Assembly: GCF_964194155.1 (NCBI RefSeq)
Contig: NC_135894.1
Location: 14,508,001-14,572,000 of the forward strand
From: Cetorhinus maximus
Taxonomy: Eukaryota
Length of the DNA stretch: 64,000 bases
Direction of reading: 5' to 3'
The position numbers and the translations under genes are program-made. The notes under the pieces are model-generated. The model was given only the letters and a program-made list of their open reading frames with translations. It ran no database searches and was not told the origin of the DNA. The first letter of the stretch is position 1; every line of letters starts with the position of its first letter. Shown here one piece after another: positions 40,821-53,808 of this stretch.

Positions 40821-42019
40821 AGCTTGTGTGTCTGGTAGGGTCCCTGTGGGCGGGCTTGAGCCATGTTTTTTGTTGGGCTTTCTTTACTACTGTGGATGCA
40901 GGGGTAGCCCACCTCTACCCTTTCACTCATGTTTTCCTTGAGGTCGAAGTTTAAGTTCGAGGATAGAAGAACTTGCAGATGCAGCCAGATAGGTTGTAAC
41001 AGTGAAATTCAACTTTGTGTTGCTAGCTGAACTCCAGTGCTGATGGTGATTAACAATGTTTCATCTTTAAGATTTGAGTAGTTGTACACCAGGCAACAGT
41101 TTGTTTTAAATTTTATAGCTTGCCTACTGTTAGTTTTGCACAGTTACTTTAACATCAAGCTTGATGCCCATCCTTCTCATCTTGGTGTGAGCCAGCTTCT
41201 TCAAATAGTTATTAGAAGATTAGATTGTGTTACTGATAACTGAATATCTAACTGAAAGTTGTGCAAAAAAACTTCCCAATTTGAAGTTCAGACAGAGCTG
41301 ATTTCTTTTAACTCACGGCGTTTGATGCAAACTAATAACTTGCAGTTACGTTTGGTTAACGATCAACAGTCTATCATCCAAGATATGTTATGGTTGTGAG
41401 CGTCTCCAATGAGATCTGCGGCTTTTAACCTGCTGCTGTTTCATTTTTACATCGTTTGTAATGAAGGATGCATGGGAGGAAAAAAAAAAGCATTAAAGAG
41501 GGCACCTGGCCTGGAGTAATTGCCATGCTGTATGTCAACGCTGGTCACCGGTGAAGTCCTGCTAATTGCATTTAAGTAGCACCAAGGTTATACAATGAAT
41601 GTTGCGTAGAACTCTGCGTATTGAATGGAATGTTCACTGTTTGAAGTGAGGCTGGGTGCAGAGACTCTTGATGGCTATGAGTTTAATATGCAAATTTTCT
41701 GCAAAACCCATTAGATTGCCCAGATCCAGTTGCTTCAAGTGTGAGGCAGTGTAAAACTTTTTGCAAGGCAATGTACCTCAGCAGACAAAAGTGCACGCTA
41801 CAGACAAATGAGCACTGTGCTAATGGCTGAGTGTACACAGCTGCAAGTCCTGATATCAAAAGTTGCATTTTGCTTAGGCAACTGAGGAGAATAAGTGTTT
41901 GGACTTGAAGGTGGGTGAGATGGCTGAGATACTGATGTACAATGATAGAATTCTCCGTTTTGGTTCTAGATTAGTTGAGTTAATCTGAAGGTTCAAATCC
42001 ACCAAACTCCATCTGAAGG

Positions 42020-42120
42020 GTTCTGATGAAGAGTCATACGGACTTGAAACGTTAACTGTATTCCTCTCCGCAGATGCTGTCAGACCTGCTGAGTTTTTCC
42101 AGCTGTTTTTGTTTTTGTTC
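42020..42120 (+). mobile_element. Short PLE lineage B terminal fragment beginning with a hammerhead motif (42020-42057)
   Basis: gtt-CTGATGA-a-GAGTC atacg GACTT-GAAA-CG-TT-aac; flanked by ccatctgaa / ccgtctgaa. Confidence 0.8.
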
Positions 42121-43294
42121 CGTCTGAACTTTGCTGTGTGAAGGATAATGATGACCATCATTGGATGATTTGCTCATCAATTAGAGTAAGAAACTAACAA
42201 ATAACATTTTTGAGGAATCTGCAATATTAATTACTGGGAAGCAGTGAATATTCCAAATACACATGGAAATAAAATGACACTAAATGGAATTATAATTTGT
42301 TTTATTTCCCAAGTGAGTTGTATTGCACTAATTGTAGTTAGTTATCAAAATTCACCAGGCTAACAAACAGCGCTGTTGCAATGATCAGTATGCTTTGCAA
42401 TTTCATCTGCACTATATATTTCCTGTTTTCATATTGACTCATACAAGTATTTGGATGAAGTTGTCAGTTTTCTGATTTGTTGCACTTCAATGCAACAAGC
42501 TTTGTGGCTTGGTTGCAACTGTGTAACGTGCACGAAGAAACTAGAAGAATAAAATCCGTTGTCAATTTTGATTGAATGTCGGGGATCCCTAGTTGATGGT
42601 GCCATTCCATTTGTGTTTGCTGGATTTTCAAAAGAGACAGCTGCATGCTGTTGTCTATATGCATTCCTGTGTATGTTGATGTTAGCAAGCATGTGAATGC
42701 AATGGCCTTTAACTAGGCAACCGATGTTTAGATGTCAGAAACAATGTCAGTTATCACTCAAATAATTGTGCGTGCTGCTATAAGTATGCAAGCCTCAGCT
42801 ATCGATAATATCACACTAAGGTCTGGACTCTGCATTCGTTCTGAAAACATTAGTCCATAAAAGTAGTAACACGTGAGTGCCCTTGGACAGTTGGTAATTA
42901 CTGAATGTAACATGGACATAACCTCGCCCATGAAAACAACAATACAATTCTAACTGTCGTATCCGCAGTGCTGTGCCTTTATAAGAACAGGTGATTCTAT
43001 GCAAAATTACTGCTGTAAATGTTGAAGCCAGATATGCCTCTGAAAATCTTGAGAATCACATCTAGTTAGAGGTGATATGTGTTGCCAACAATTTGATCTG
43101 AAAGCAACAGGACTTATTTCGAACACGTGCAATTACTGATCTTGATGTTCAGTTACTAATATGTGATATCTAGTGACAAAAAGACCAACTGTTAATTGAT
43201 TTGCACCTGTCTCAAATGCATAAGTATAAATTTAGCATTTGGATTTCAGTGCAACCATAGATTTTGGCGCTTTAAAAATGTCCAAGAAAAATAA

Positions 43295-43990
43295 TCGTTT
43301 GGTAGGTCAGCACTTCAGTGTTACTGAGCAAAGAGATTTTTTGTCAAAGCTTTTTGTCTTGTACTCATCAGGACAGTTTGCAAGAAAATGCCCATGTTGG
43401 GGGAAATGACCTATTTATACTGTATGAGAAGAGTGTGCTGATTAGTTGGCGAGTGGACTCTGGTAGAGGCATTGCCATGGAGAATGCACCGGTTGATTGT
43501 GAATGAGTTAACTGCCAAACATTGTTGGAAATTTAAACCAGGTAGCTTGAATCTGATTCAAGCTGAGAATGAACCAGCAAGTGACTAATCACTTATTTTG
43601 TTTAGCTGAAGCAGGTGCAGTGTGTGTCTGCAAAGAACAGAGGGCCCTGTGTATTAGTATATGTAGCTTCCAGTACATACACATGCGCCATACTGTGAGC
43701 CTGACTGATGACCTTAAATTGGTTGTCAGCGTAATTCTTAGCAAATTTAGGATTATTTAATGAATGTTGTCCAATCAGGAATCACATCTAATTTTGGACA
43801 CTCTGTTTTGACCCGTTGCGAACAGCGAAAGGGGCTTGCTGTTGATACGATCTGCCAGTCTTTGACATACGGCCTACATACCGAGCATTACACTGGCACT
43901 GAAATTCATGCACCACATTACTCATTTGTGTGACAGAATGTCTTTTTGCTTGACAGCAGCATTCTGTTAGTATGATACATCACATGTATG
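43295..43990 (-). mobile_element. PLE lineage A 3' fragment (GIY-YIG and decayed hammerhead at about 43342-43375)
   Basis: Reverse complement gives SNVVHEFQCQCNARYVGRMSKDWQ; tgtcCTGATGAgtacaagacaaaaagctttgaca. Confidence 0.82.
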
Positions 43991-44247
43991 CCCCATGGAG
44001 GCTTTTTTTCTTCTAATGATTCTAGAGATTTAACTTCAAGGAGAGCAAGTCTGTTAGGGAGAAAAGCAACTTGAATTTCCTGTTTCTGATGGTTGAACAC
44101 CTCCTGAAAGTGCATGTGCACGAGATTGCACTTATCTGTGTTGATATCACAGTGAAATAACCTGGTCACATTCCATGCCATTAATTGCTGGGTTAATGTA
44201 TGACAAATGTTCAGTCTCTTAGCTTGGCTTTTTTAAAACCACGAGTT

Positions 44248-47200
44248 ATGGGAATGGTAGCATACTGCTTGTGTTACTGGACTAGTAATCCAGAGGCATG
44301 GAAGAAAGTTTGAGACAAGAGTTCAAATTCTACCATAGCAGCTGGGGTAATTTAGATTCAATTATTAAATAAACCTGGAATAAAAAGTTAGTTTCAATAA
44401 TGGTGACCATAAATCAACTGTTTAGTTGTTAAGATCTGGTTCACTAATGTCCTTTAGGGAAGGAAACCTGGTCAGGCCTATATGGGATTCCAGACCCACC
44501 ATCAAAATAATTGATTCCTAATAGCTGTCTGAAATGGCCTAGCAAGCCACTCAGTTACATTAAACCACTATGGGGAAAGTCAAGTAAGATAAAAAACACA
44601 GGATGGACCACCTGGCATCTCACAATGCAATGGACATGATCAAGGCACACCAAAGCCAGTTAACCCTACACAATCTTCCTTACTAACCTCCATAATGTCA
44701 TAGAGTTTGCAGCACAGAAAGAGGTCCTTAGGCCCATGTCTGTGCCAGCCATCAAGCCCCTACCTGCTCTAATCCCATTTTCCAGCACTTGGCCCATAGC
44801 CTTGTATGCTGTGACGTTTCAAATGTTCCTCGAAATACTTATTAAATGTTGTGAGGGTTCCTGCCTGTACCACCCTTTCAGGCAGTGAGTTCAGATACCC
44901 AGATTATTATTATGTTGTTATTATTAGTATATTCCAGATACCAAACGTCCCGGGACTTGTCAAAACTAGGAGAGCTGTCCCACAGCTAGTCAAGCAACAG
45001 GGGAACATAGTCATACTCACTGAATTATACCTTAGACCAGTGTCCCAGACTCATCTATCACCATCCTTGTGTATGTCCTGTCGCACTGGTATAACAGACC
45101 TACCAGAGGTGGTTGTATACTGATATACAGTCAGGAAGGAGTGGCCCTGGGAGCCCTCAACATTGACTCCAGATCCCATGAAGCCTCATGGCCTCGGGTC
45201 AAACATGGGCATGGAAACCTCCTGCTAATTGCCACTTACCACCCTTCCTCAATTGATGAATTAGCACTCCTCCATGTTGAGCACCGCTTGGAAGAAGCAC
45301 TGAGGGTAGCAAGAGCACAGAATGTACTCTGGGTGGGAGACTTCAATTTCCATTACAGAGTGGCCCACTCATACCACTACTGACCATGCTGTCCGAATGC
45401 TGAAGGACACTTCTGCCAGACTGGGCTTGTGGCTGGTGAGGAGAGAAGCAACACAAACTTTAAAAAAAAGCCTACTTGACCTTGTTCTCACCAACCTACC
45501 TGTTGTAGTTGTAGATGCATATGTCCATTACAGTATTGGTAGGAGTAACTGTCCTTGTGTTGTCTAAGTCCCATCCTTACATTGCGGGTGCTCCCCGCAT
45601 CTTATGTTGCACTACTACTGTGCTAAATGGGATAGATTTAGAACAGACATGGCAGCTCAAAGGTGGATATCCATGAGGTGCTGTGGGCTATCAGCAGCAG
45701 CAGAATTGTGCTCCATCACAAACTGTAACCTCATGGCCTAGCATATCCTTCACTCTGCAATTACCATCAAGCCAAGTGGCAAACCCAGGTCAAATGATTA
45801 TAAGTATGTATGCCAGGAGCAACCCCAGGTGCACCTAAAAAATAAGGTAGTAACCTAGTCAAGCTACGACACAGGACTACAGACATGCTAAATAGCAGAA
45901 GCAGCATGCTATAGACAGAGCTGAGTGATAGCTAAGTGATCCCATAGCCAGTGGATCAGATCAAAGCACTACAGTCCTGCCGCATCCACTTATGAATGGT
46001 GGCAGACAATCAAAAACTAACGAGAGGATGAGGCTCCATGAACTTTCCCATCCTGAAAGGGAGTCCAGCATATGACTGCAAAAGACTAGGCTGAAGTATC
46101 TGCAACTAGCTTCAGCCAGAAGGGGGAAGTGGATGACCCATCTCTGCCCCCTCCTGAGGTTCCCAACATTACAAATACCAGTCTTCAGCCAATTTGATTC
46201 ACTCCACATGATATCAAGAAATAGCCAAGTGCACGGGATACAAGAAGGGCTATGGACCCTGATAACATCCTGGCAGTAGTGTTCCAGAACTAGCCAAGCC
46301 CCTAGCCAAGCTGCTCCGGTAGTGTTACAATCTACTCAACAATGTGAAAAATTGTCCAGGTATGCCTTATCCACAAAATGCAGGACAAATCTAATCCGAC
46401 CAATTAATGGCTCCTCCGTCTGCCTGCGATTGTGCTATCAAGTGACACTTGCTTGGCAATAACCTGCTCTTCGATGCTCAGTTGGGTTTTATGGCCTTGG
46501 TCCAAACATGAGTGAAGAACTGAACTCCAAAATGAGGTGAGTGTGACTGCTTTTGACATCAAAGTAGTATTTGACTGTGTGTGGCATTAAGGAGCCATAG
46601 TAAAATTGAAGTCAATGGGAATCGGGAGGAAGGGTAAAATACTGCACTGATCGGAGTCATAAAAAGGACGATATTTGTCGTTGTTGGAGACCAATCATCT
46701 CAGCCTCAGGACCATCCCTGCAGGAGTTCCTCAGGGTAGTATTCTAGGCCCAACCATCTTTAGCTGCTTCGTTAATGACCTTCCTTTCGTTGTAAGGGCA
46801 GAGTGGAGATCCCTGCTAATGGTTGCACAATGTTCAACATCATTTGTGACCCCTCGGATACTGAAACAGTCTGTCCATATGCAGCAAGACCTGAACGATA
46901 TTCAGGCTTGGGTTGCTAAGTAGCAAGTAACATTCATGCAAAATAGCTGCCAGGCAAAGACCGTTCCCAACAAGAGAGAATCTAACCATCTCCTCATGAC
47001 TTTCAAAAGTATTACTACAATTGCTGACACCCCATCAACATTCTGGAGGTTACTATCAACTAGAAGCTTAACTTGTACAACCATATAAATACTGTGGCTA
47101 AAGGATCAGGTCAGAGGCTTTGAATTCTGAGAGGAATAACTCTCCTCCCAACTCTCCAAAGCCTGTCCATATCTACAAGGCACAAGTCAAGAGTGCAGTG

Positions 47201-47680
47201 GAATACTCTGCTTGCCTGGATGAATGCAGCTCCAAAAATACTCAAGCTTGACACCATCCAGGACAAAGCAGTCCTTTGATTGGCACCTCAGCCACCACCA
47301 TAAACATTCACTCCCATCACTGAAGCACAGCGGCTGCATTGTGTACAATCTCTAAGATGCACTGCAGCACTAGCCAAAGCTCTTTAACAGCACTTTCCAA
47401 ACCTATGACCTCTAACACCTCGAATAACAAGGGTAGCAGGCACATGGGAACACCACCTGCAACTTCCCTTGCTAGCCACACACCATCCTGACTTGGATCC
47501 ATATCGCTGATCTTTCACTGTCATTGGTATAAACCTTCAAACTCCTTCCCTAATAGCATTGTGAATATAGACTGCAGTGGTTGAAGAAGGCAGCATCCCA
47601 CCAGCTGCTCAAGAACAATTAGGGATGGGCAATAAATGCTGGCCTTACCACATGGCATGAACAAATAATAAATAAAAATT
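44248..47680 (+). mobile_element. Near-complete CR1-group LINE (second family) with tRNA-derived 5' head; CR1 insert at about 44690-44900 (-)
   Basis: ctggactagtaatccagagg...gttcaaattc head, then LVKQQGNIVILTELYL, WVGDFNFH, LDLVLTN, GVPQGSILGPTIF and the shared tail. Confidence 0.85.
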
Positions 47681-47989
47681 GAGCAGTGATTACAGCACCC
47701 AAATCCTCATGTAGTTGCCATTTCTTGTTTTGCTTTGGCTTCAAATTCTACTCTGTCTACATTTGAACAGAGCTGCAAACCAAAATAGTAGCTAATAGGT
47801 GTGCAGAAAAAATGGTACAATGTCAAATGCCCTAGTGATCCCTGCCATTGTTTCCTGGGTATTTATGTGTAACCTATGCTGGATGAACTCTACGGGTGAA
47901 CTCCAGGTTTGCATTTCCGTCATTTCCAATTCCAAATTCATTTACTCGGGTTACGTGCCATCTCCACATAGGTTAATTAGCAAATTCTA

Positions 47990-49100
47990 TTAGAACCTAG
48001 CACACAAACAAGAATTTAGCCCAACATGTCTACAACTGTTCATCTGCCACTCAAACCTTCTGCCATTCTAATTACTTCTTCCCACCCTTCTCCCTCAAGC
48101 ATGCATCAAACTTCCCCTTAAATGCATTAGCTCTATCTGCTTCAACCTCCCCATGTTACAGTGAGTTCCACGTTCTCACTACTTTCTATGCAAAGAAATG
48201 CTTCTTAAATTCTTTTTGTTTAATCTGCTTGTGCTTATTTTCTCATCCTCTTGTTTTGGACCCTCCCATAAGTGGAGACAGGGTGAATGTGGAGAAACTA
48301 TTAAACCTCCTCTTTAAAGACCTCTGTTTAGTCTTTGTAGCATGGGAACTGGAAGTGCAAGTGTGGTCTCAGCAAGGCTCTACACAAATATACCATACCT
48401 CCCTGCCTTTTTATTCGTTTCCCTTGGAATTGATTCCAGTATTTTGTTGGCTCTCTTTACGGCCTAATCATCTTGCGTTGCAACTTTTTTGTGATTTATA
48501 TATTGTACTTCCAGATCTTGTTGCTCCTCAACCTAATTTAGTTTAACTTGCAAGGAATAAGTGGCCTCATTATTCCTCTACCGAAAATGAACCACCTTGC
48601 ATTTAGCTGTGTTGAATTTAATTTGCTGTTCATTCAAGCACCCTGCAAGTCGAAGTCTTTGTTTATCTTGATGTAGTGCTCCACTGTAACCATACTTCCA
48701 ATTTGTTGGTATCTATAACTTTCAGTACTGAATGTTCAATTCCTGAATCCGACTTGTTGAAGTAGTTCAGTAAAGTTGGTAAAACCTGAAATGCTTTTTA
48801 GATGTCCTTGTTAACTGTTTATTGTGCTTCCTAACTGTTTATTGTACTTCCTATCTTTAGATATTCTGTTGTTTGACCTTTTAACTGGTCTGCATCTCAC
48901 TTTTTGAAGATGGGAATCACAATTGCTCTTTGCTAGCCCCTGGACTGTTTCCTTTTACCTACTGAATTTTTATATATGGATACTCGCGTCCCTGGTGCCA
49001 CCTACCTAGTCTTGTTGAGCATCCGTTGGGCAATCTTTTTGGACCAATCTAATTTGCATTCGATCATAGTCAACAATATCCTTAAATCTTAAAAATTCTT
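47990..49100 (-). mobile_element. Highly decayed CR1 fragment
   Basis: gagttccacgttctcactac, aaagaaatgcttcttaaattc, ttgttggtatctataact. Confidence 0.55.
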
Positions 49101-49152
49101 GATCTGCAGTTTGGATGAAATGATGAAAATCAACCTCTCTTAGCTTGGTATA

Positions 49153-49285
49153 ATAAAAGCAGAATACTGCAGATGCTGGAAATTTGAAGTAAAAACAAAG
49201 TGCTGGGAAAACTCCGCAGGTCTGGCGGCATCTGTGGTGAGAGAAACAGGGTTAACATTCGAGTCCAACATAACTCTTCTGAACT
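49153..49285 (-). mobile_element. Short PLE lineage B terminal fragment with tail and decayed hammerhead
   Basis: taaaagcagaatactgcagatgctgg...gttaacattcgagtcc...cttctgaact. Confidence 0.75.
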
Positions 49286-50511
49286 CTTTCACTTTGAGTT
49301 TACAGCCGCCTTATAGCTTTTCGAATTCAATCTACTGTGAAGTTTCTACAGTTGAGGTTGAAGTTCTAATCTCCTTCTGTCTTCCTTGCACACGCCTTAG
49401 AGTACCATGAGACAAATAGTGATTTTTAAAAAAATTTATAAATGGCTGCTGAGAAATAGTTTTATCGAACAAATTATTTTGAGGAAACGAATTGGAATAT
49501 GATATTGGTGATGTAATTGTGGTTTTGGGCAAGTTTGTTTGCCAATGACAGCTGAATCCACTGTTGATAGAAAGTGCCTTGTTATCAAGATTGTTAAGAT
49601 GTGTATGCTTCTGGCACAGTGAATATGGTTGTGATTACTTTCAAATTTTAGAACATTTTCTGTCCTCCATATATACCTTTTCGTTTTCATAAAAGGCAGT
49701 AATGTGCCATTTAACCTTTTTGCCTTGTGTTCAATTATGCAGGTCTCTTTTCTCTGCCAGCATAATGCTGCCCATGCTCCTTTCCCCAGACAAGTTATTT
49801 GATTTGACTGAAAGTTCACAAGTATTTAAGTCCGTGTGAATGTCCTAGGTTTTTCAGTAAAACTGAAATGCTAAGTTATTATCTTTTATTCTCTCTTTTT
49901 GTCTATGACTGAAGTGCAAAGCGAGACTTGTGTTTACTGATGATTCTACTTAAAAGATCATACATATTTAATAAAGTTCAAATTTTACTTTGAATAAACC
50001 ACGTGCAATACTGTTCCATTTGTTTGAGTAATTACTATAAATTGCTGCATTAGCTCTATTTCTAAAGCAATCATATTCCTTATTGATAAATGGTCATCAA
50101 CTGCATGTATGATTGCAGGTTACAATTTTTCTAGTTGGATGTTAAACTCAGACTGTTATACTTGTTCGCTGACTACCATACAACTTGCTCTTTCCTACTG
50201 CACAAGCTTTGAAAACCAGCATCATTTATATTTGAAATGCTGGAATAAATTGTCAGCAACACTGCTCTGTTGTTAATTCAAATGTGATTTTATCTGAGGT
50301 TTAATTTTGGAGAGAATTTTTGATTTTTAGTAATGTGATTTTCTCCCTCCTTCTGTCTTTCTTTCTCTCTCTTTCCTCCCTCACAATCATAAGATGTTTT
50401 GAACAGTTGGACGGAAAGCAATTCCAACAACAACAACTTAACATAGGAAGTATAGATGGATCAGTTTTCCTTTGAGCCTCCTCTGCCATTCAATTAGATC
50501 ATGGCTACCCC

Positions 50512-52834
50512 TTTTTTATTCATTCATGGGATGTGGGTGTCGCTGGCTGGGCCAGCATTTATTGCCCATTCCGAGTTGCCCTTGAGAAGGTGGTGGTGAG
50601 CTGCCTTTTTGAACTGCTGCAGTCCATGTGGTGTAGGTACACACACAGTGCTGTTAGGAAGTGAGTTCCAGGATTTTGACCCAGCCACAGTGAGGGAACG
50701 GCGATATATTTCCAAGTCAGGATGATGAGTGACTTGGAGGGGAACTTCCAGATGGTGGTATCCCATCTATCTGCTGCCCTTGTCCTTCTAGATGGTAGCG
50801 GTTGTGGGTTTGGAAGGTGCTGTTGAAGGAACTGTGGTGAATTCCTGTAGTGCATCTTGTAGCTGGTACACAATGCTGCCACTGTGCGTTGGTGGTGGAG
50901 GGAGTGAATGTTTGTGGATGCACTACCAATCAAGCGGGCTGCTTTTTCCTGGATGGTGTCAAGCTGCTTGAGTGTTGTGGGGGCTGCACGCATCCAGGCA
51001 AAAGGGGAGTATTCCATTACACTCCTGACTTGTGCCTTGTAGATGGTGGACAGGCTTTGGGGAGTCAGGAGGTGAGTTACTCGTCGCAGGATTCCTAGCC
51101 TCTGACTTGCTCTTGTAGCCCAGTTCAGTTTCTGGTCAATGGTAACCCCCAGGATGTTGTTAGTGGGGGATTTGGTGATGGTAATGCTATTGAACATCAG
51201 GGGGTGATGATTGGGTTCTCTTGTTGGAGTTGGTCATTGCCTAACACTTGTGTGGTGTGAATATCACTTGCCACTTGTCAGCCCAAGCGTGGATATTGTC
51301 CAGGTCTTGCTGCATTTGGACATGGAATGCTTCAGTATCTGAGGAGTCGCAATTGGTGCTGAACATTGTGCAATCGTCAGTGAACACCCTGCTCCTGACC
51401 TTATGATGGAAGAAGGTCATTGAAGAAGCGGCTGAGGACGCAACCCTGAGGAACTCCTGCAGTGATGTCCTGGAGCTGAGATGGCGGACCTCCAGCAACC
51501 ACAACTATATTCCTTTGTGGTAGGTATTAATCCCAACCAGCCGAGAGTTTTCCTCTTCATTCTCATTGACTTCAGTTTTGCTAGGGCCCCTTGATGGCAC
51601 ACCGTCAAATACGGCCTTGATGTTGAGGGCAGTCACTCTCGCCTCACCTCGGGAATTCAGCTCTCTTGTCCATGTTTGAACCAAGGCTGTAATGAGGCCA
51701 GGAGCTGAGTGGCTTTGCCCGAACCCAAACTGCACCTCAGTGAGAAAGTTATTGCTAAGCAAGTGCGGCTTGATAGCATGGTTGATAAACCCTTCCATTA
51801 CAGATTATGTTCGAGTACAATCTGTTCCTGCTGATGGCCCACAGCGCCTCATGGATGGCCAGTCTTGAGTTGCTAGATTTGTTCGAAATCTATCCTATTT
51901 AGCACGGTGGAAGTGCCACACAGCGTGATGGAGGGTATCCTCAATGTGGGATGTGAAGGTGGGACTTAGTCTCTGCACCAACTGTGCGATGGTCATTCCT
52001 ACTGATACTGTCAAGGACTGATGCATTTGTGGCAGGCAGGTTGATGAGGATGGGGTCAAGTATGGTTTTTCCCTCTTGTTGGTTCCCTCACCACTTACCA
52101 CAGACCCAGTCTAGCAGCTATGTCATTTAATACTTGGCCAGCTCGGTCAGTAGTGCTGCTACCGAGCCACTCTTGGTGATGAGCATTGAAGTCCCCCACC
52201 CAGAGTACATTCTGCGCCCTTGCCACCCTCAGTGCTTCCTCCAATTGGTGTTCAACATGGAGGAGCACTGATTCATCAGCTGAGGGTACATGGTAATCAG
52301 CAGGAGGTTTCCTTGCCCATGTTTGACCTGATGCCATGCGACTTCGTGGGGTCCAGAGTTGATGTTGAGGGATAGATGGTGGGACAGGATATACCCAGGG
52401 ATGGTGTTGATGGTGTCTATGACATTATCTGTAAGATATGATTCAGTGAGGATGACTGTCAGGCTGTTGCTTGACTATTCTGTGAGCCAGCTCTCTCAAT
52501 TTTGGCAGTAAGGAGGACTTTGCAGGGTTGATAGGGCTGAGTTCCTTTTTTTGTGACTTTGTGGTGGTTTGATACAACTGAGGCCATTTCAAAGGGCATT
52601 TAAGAGTCAACCACATTGTTGTAGGTCTGGAGTCACATGTATGCCAGACCAGGTAAGGATGACAGATGCGTTTTTACAACCATCAATAGTGATTTCATGG
52701 TCATCATTAGACTTTTAATTCCATTTATTGAATTCAAATTTCACCATCTGCCATGCCAGGATTCGAACCTTGGTCCCCAGAGCATTACTTTCTGGATTAC
52801 TACTCCAACGACAATACTGCGCCATCGCCTCCCC
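50512..52834 (-). mobile_element. Internally deleted CR1-group LINE (second family) with tRNA-derived 5' head, inserted in an older CR1 3' UTR
   Basis: ORFs 50559-51197 and 52095-52337 (WVGDFNAHH); minus-strand head ggggaggcgaTGGCGCAGT...GGTTCGAATCC at about 52757-52834. Confidence 0.9.
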
Positions 52835-53036
52835 TGTATCTATATCCCTTGATTCCCTCAGTATCCAAAATTTTATTTATCACTGACTTAAATATACTCA
52901 AAATGATTGAGCAACCACTGCTTTCTGGGTTAGAGAATTCCAATAGTTCACAGCCTTCTGAGTGAAGAAATTTCTCCTCCTCTTGTTCTAAATGCCTGAC
53001 CTATAGTTCTTAGATTCCTCTGTCAGGGGAAATGTT

Positions 53037-53808
53037 GGGTGGAATTTAATGTCGGTGATGGGGGTCTCACCTGCCAATTGGAAAACCAGAGGGAGTCCCA
53101 CATTGCTTCTGTTGAGGAAGGTCTGCCAGAATTAAGTAACCATCAGACATTTAAGTGGCCAACATTGGCCTTTCCCCAGGATTTTGGACACCAAGGGTGG
53201 AAATCCTGCCCACTGGGAGCTGCTGGCCAATCTGAGGCCAGCAGCTCTCTATTGCCAGTCTGTAGCACTGGGCATGGTGGCTGCTGCTGTGCACACACAC
53301 ACAGGCCTAGGATTGCTGAAGAACACAGGCTATAGGTGAGATAGGGTGGCATGCAGGTCGCAGGGAGGTGGGTATTGCTGGTTAGGAGTGGGGAAGAGTT
53401 GGAAGAAAGGGCTGGGGGATGGCTCTCATCAGCACCACCGCCCCCGCACCACTGCACCCTTCTCAATGCCAGGTGTCCCAATCAGGCATTAAGTGCCTTT
53501 GAGTGAGAACCCCCCTGCCCCTCCCGGACAGAGTTTGCTTTTTGGGCTCCCTACATGGCGACTCCCCTGCCTGCTGCTAGTTGAATTCCAGCAATACCAG
53601 CAGTGGCGGGATGAGGCCCTTAAATGAGCATTAAATGCCCATTTAAGGACCTCGGTTAGCATCTGGGCAGGAACACCATCCATGAGCCTCCCTGTACCAG
53701 ACTTAATCGGGCCGAGGTGGGAAGGCACCCTTCAGCCTGATTAAATATGCCTCCTGCCTCCAAACTCCCCACCAGGGTTGGGAGGAGGAGGGCATTAAAT
53801 TGTCATCC
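53037..53808. mobile_element. GC-rich non-autonomous DNA transposon (MITE-like) inserted in a CR1 fragment
   Basis: Imperfect terminal inverted repeats ggtggaatttaatg ... cattaaattgtcatcc; host CR1 (gtcaggggaaa | tctctacatctaccctgt) resumes after it. Confidence 0.55.

Noticed and set aside
52757-52834. tRNA gene
   Set aside because: A and B boxes are present but there is no proper cloverleaf; it is a repeated retroposon head.
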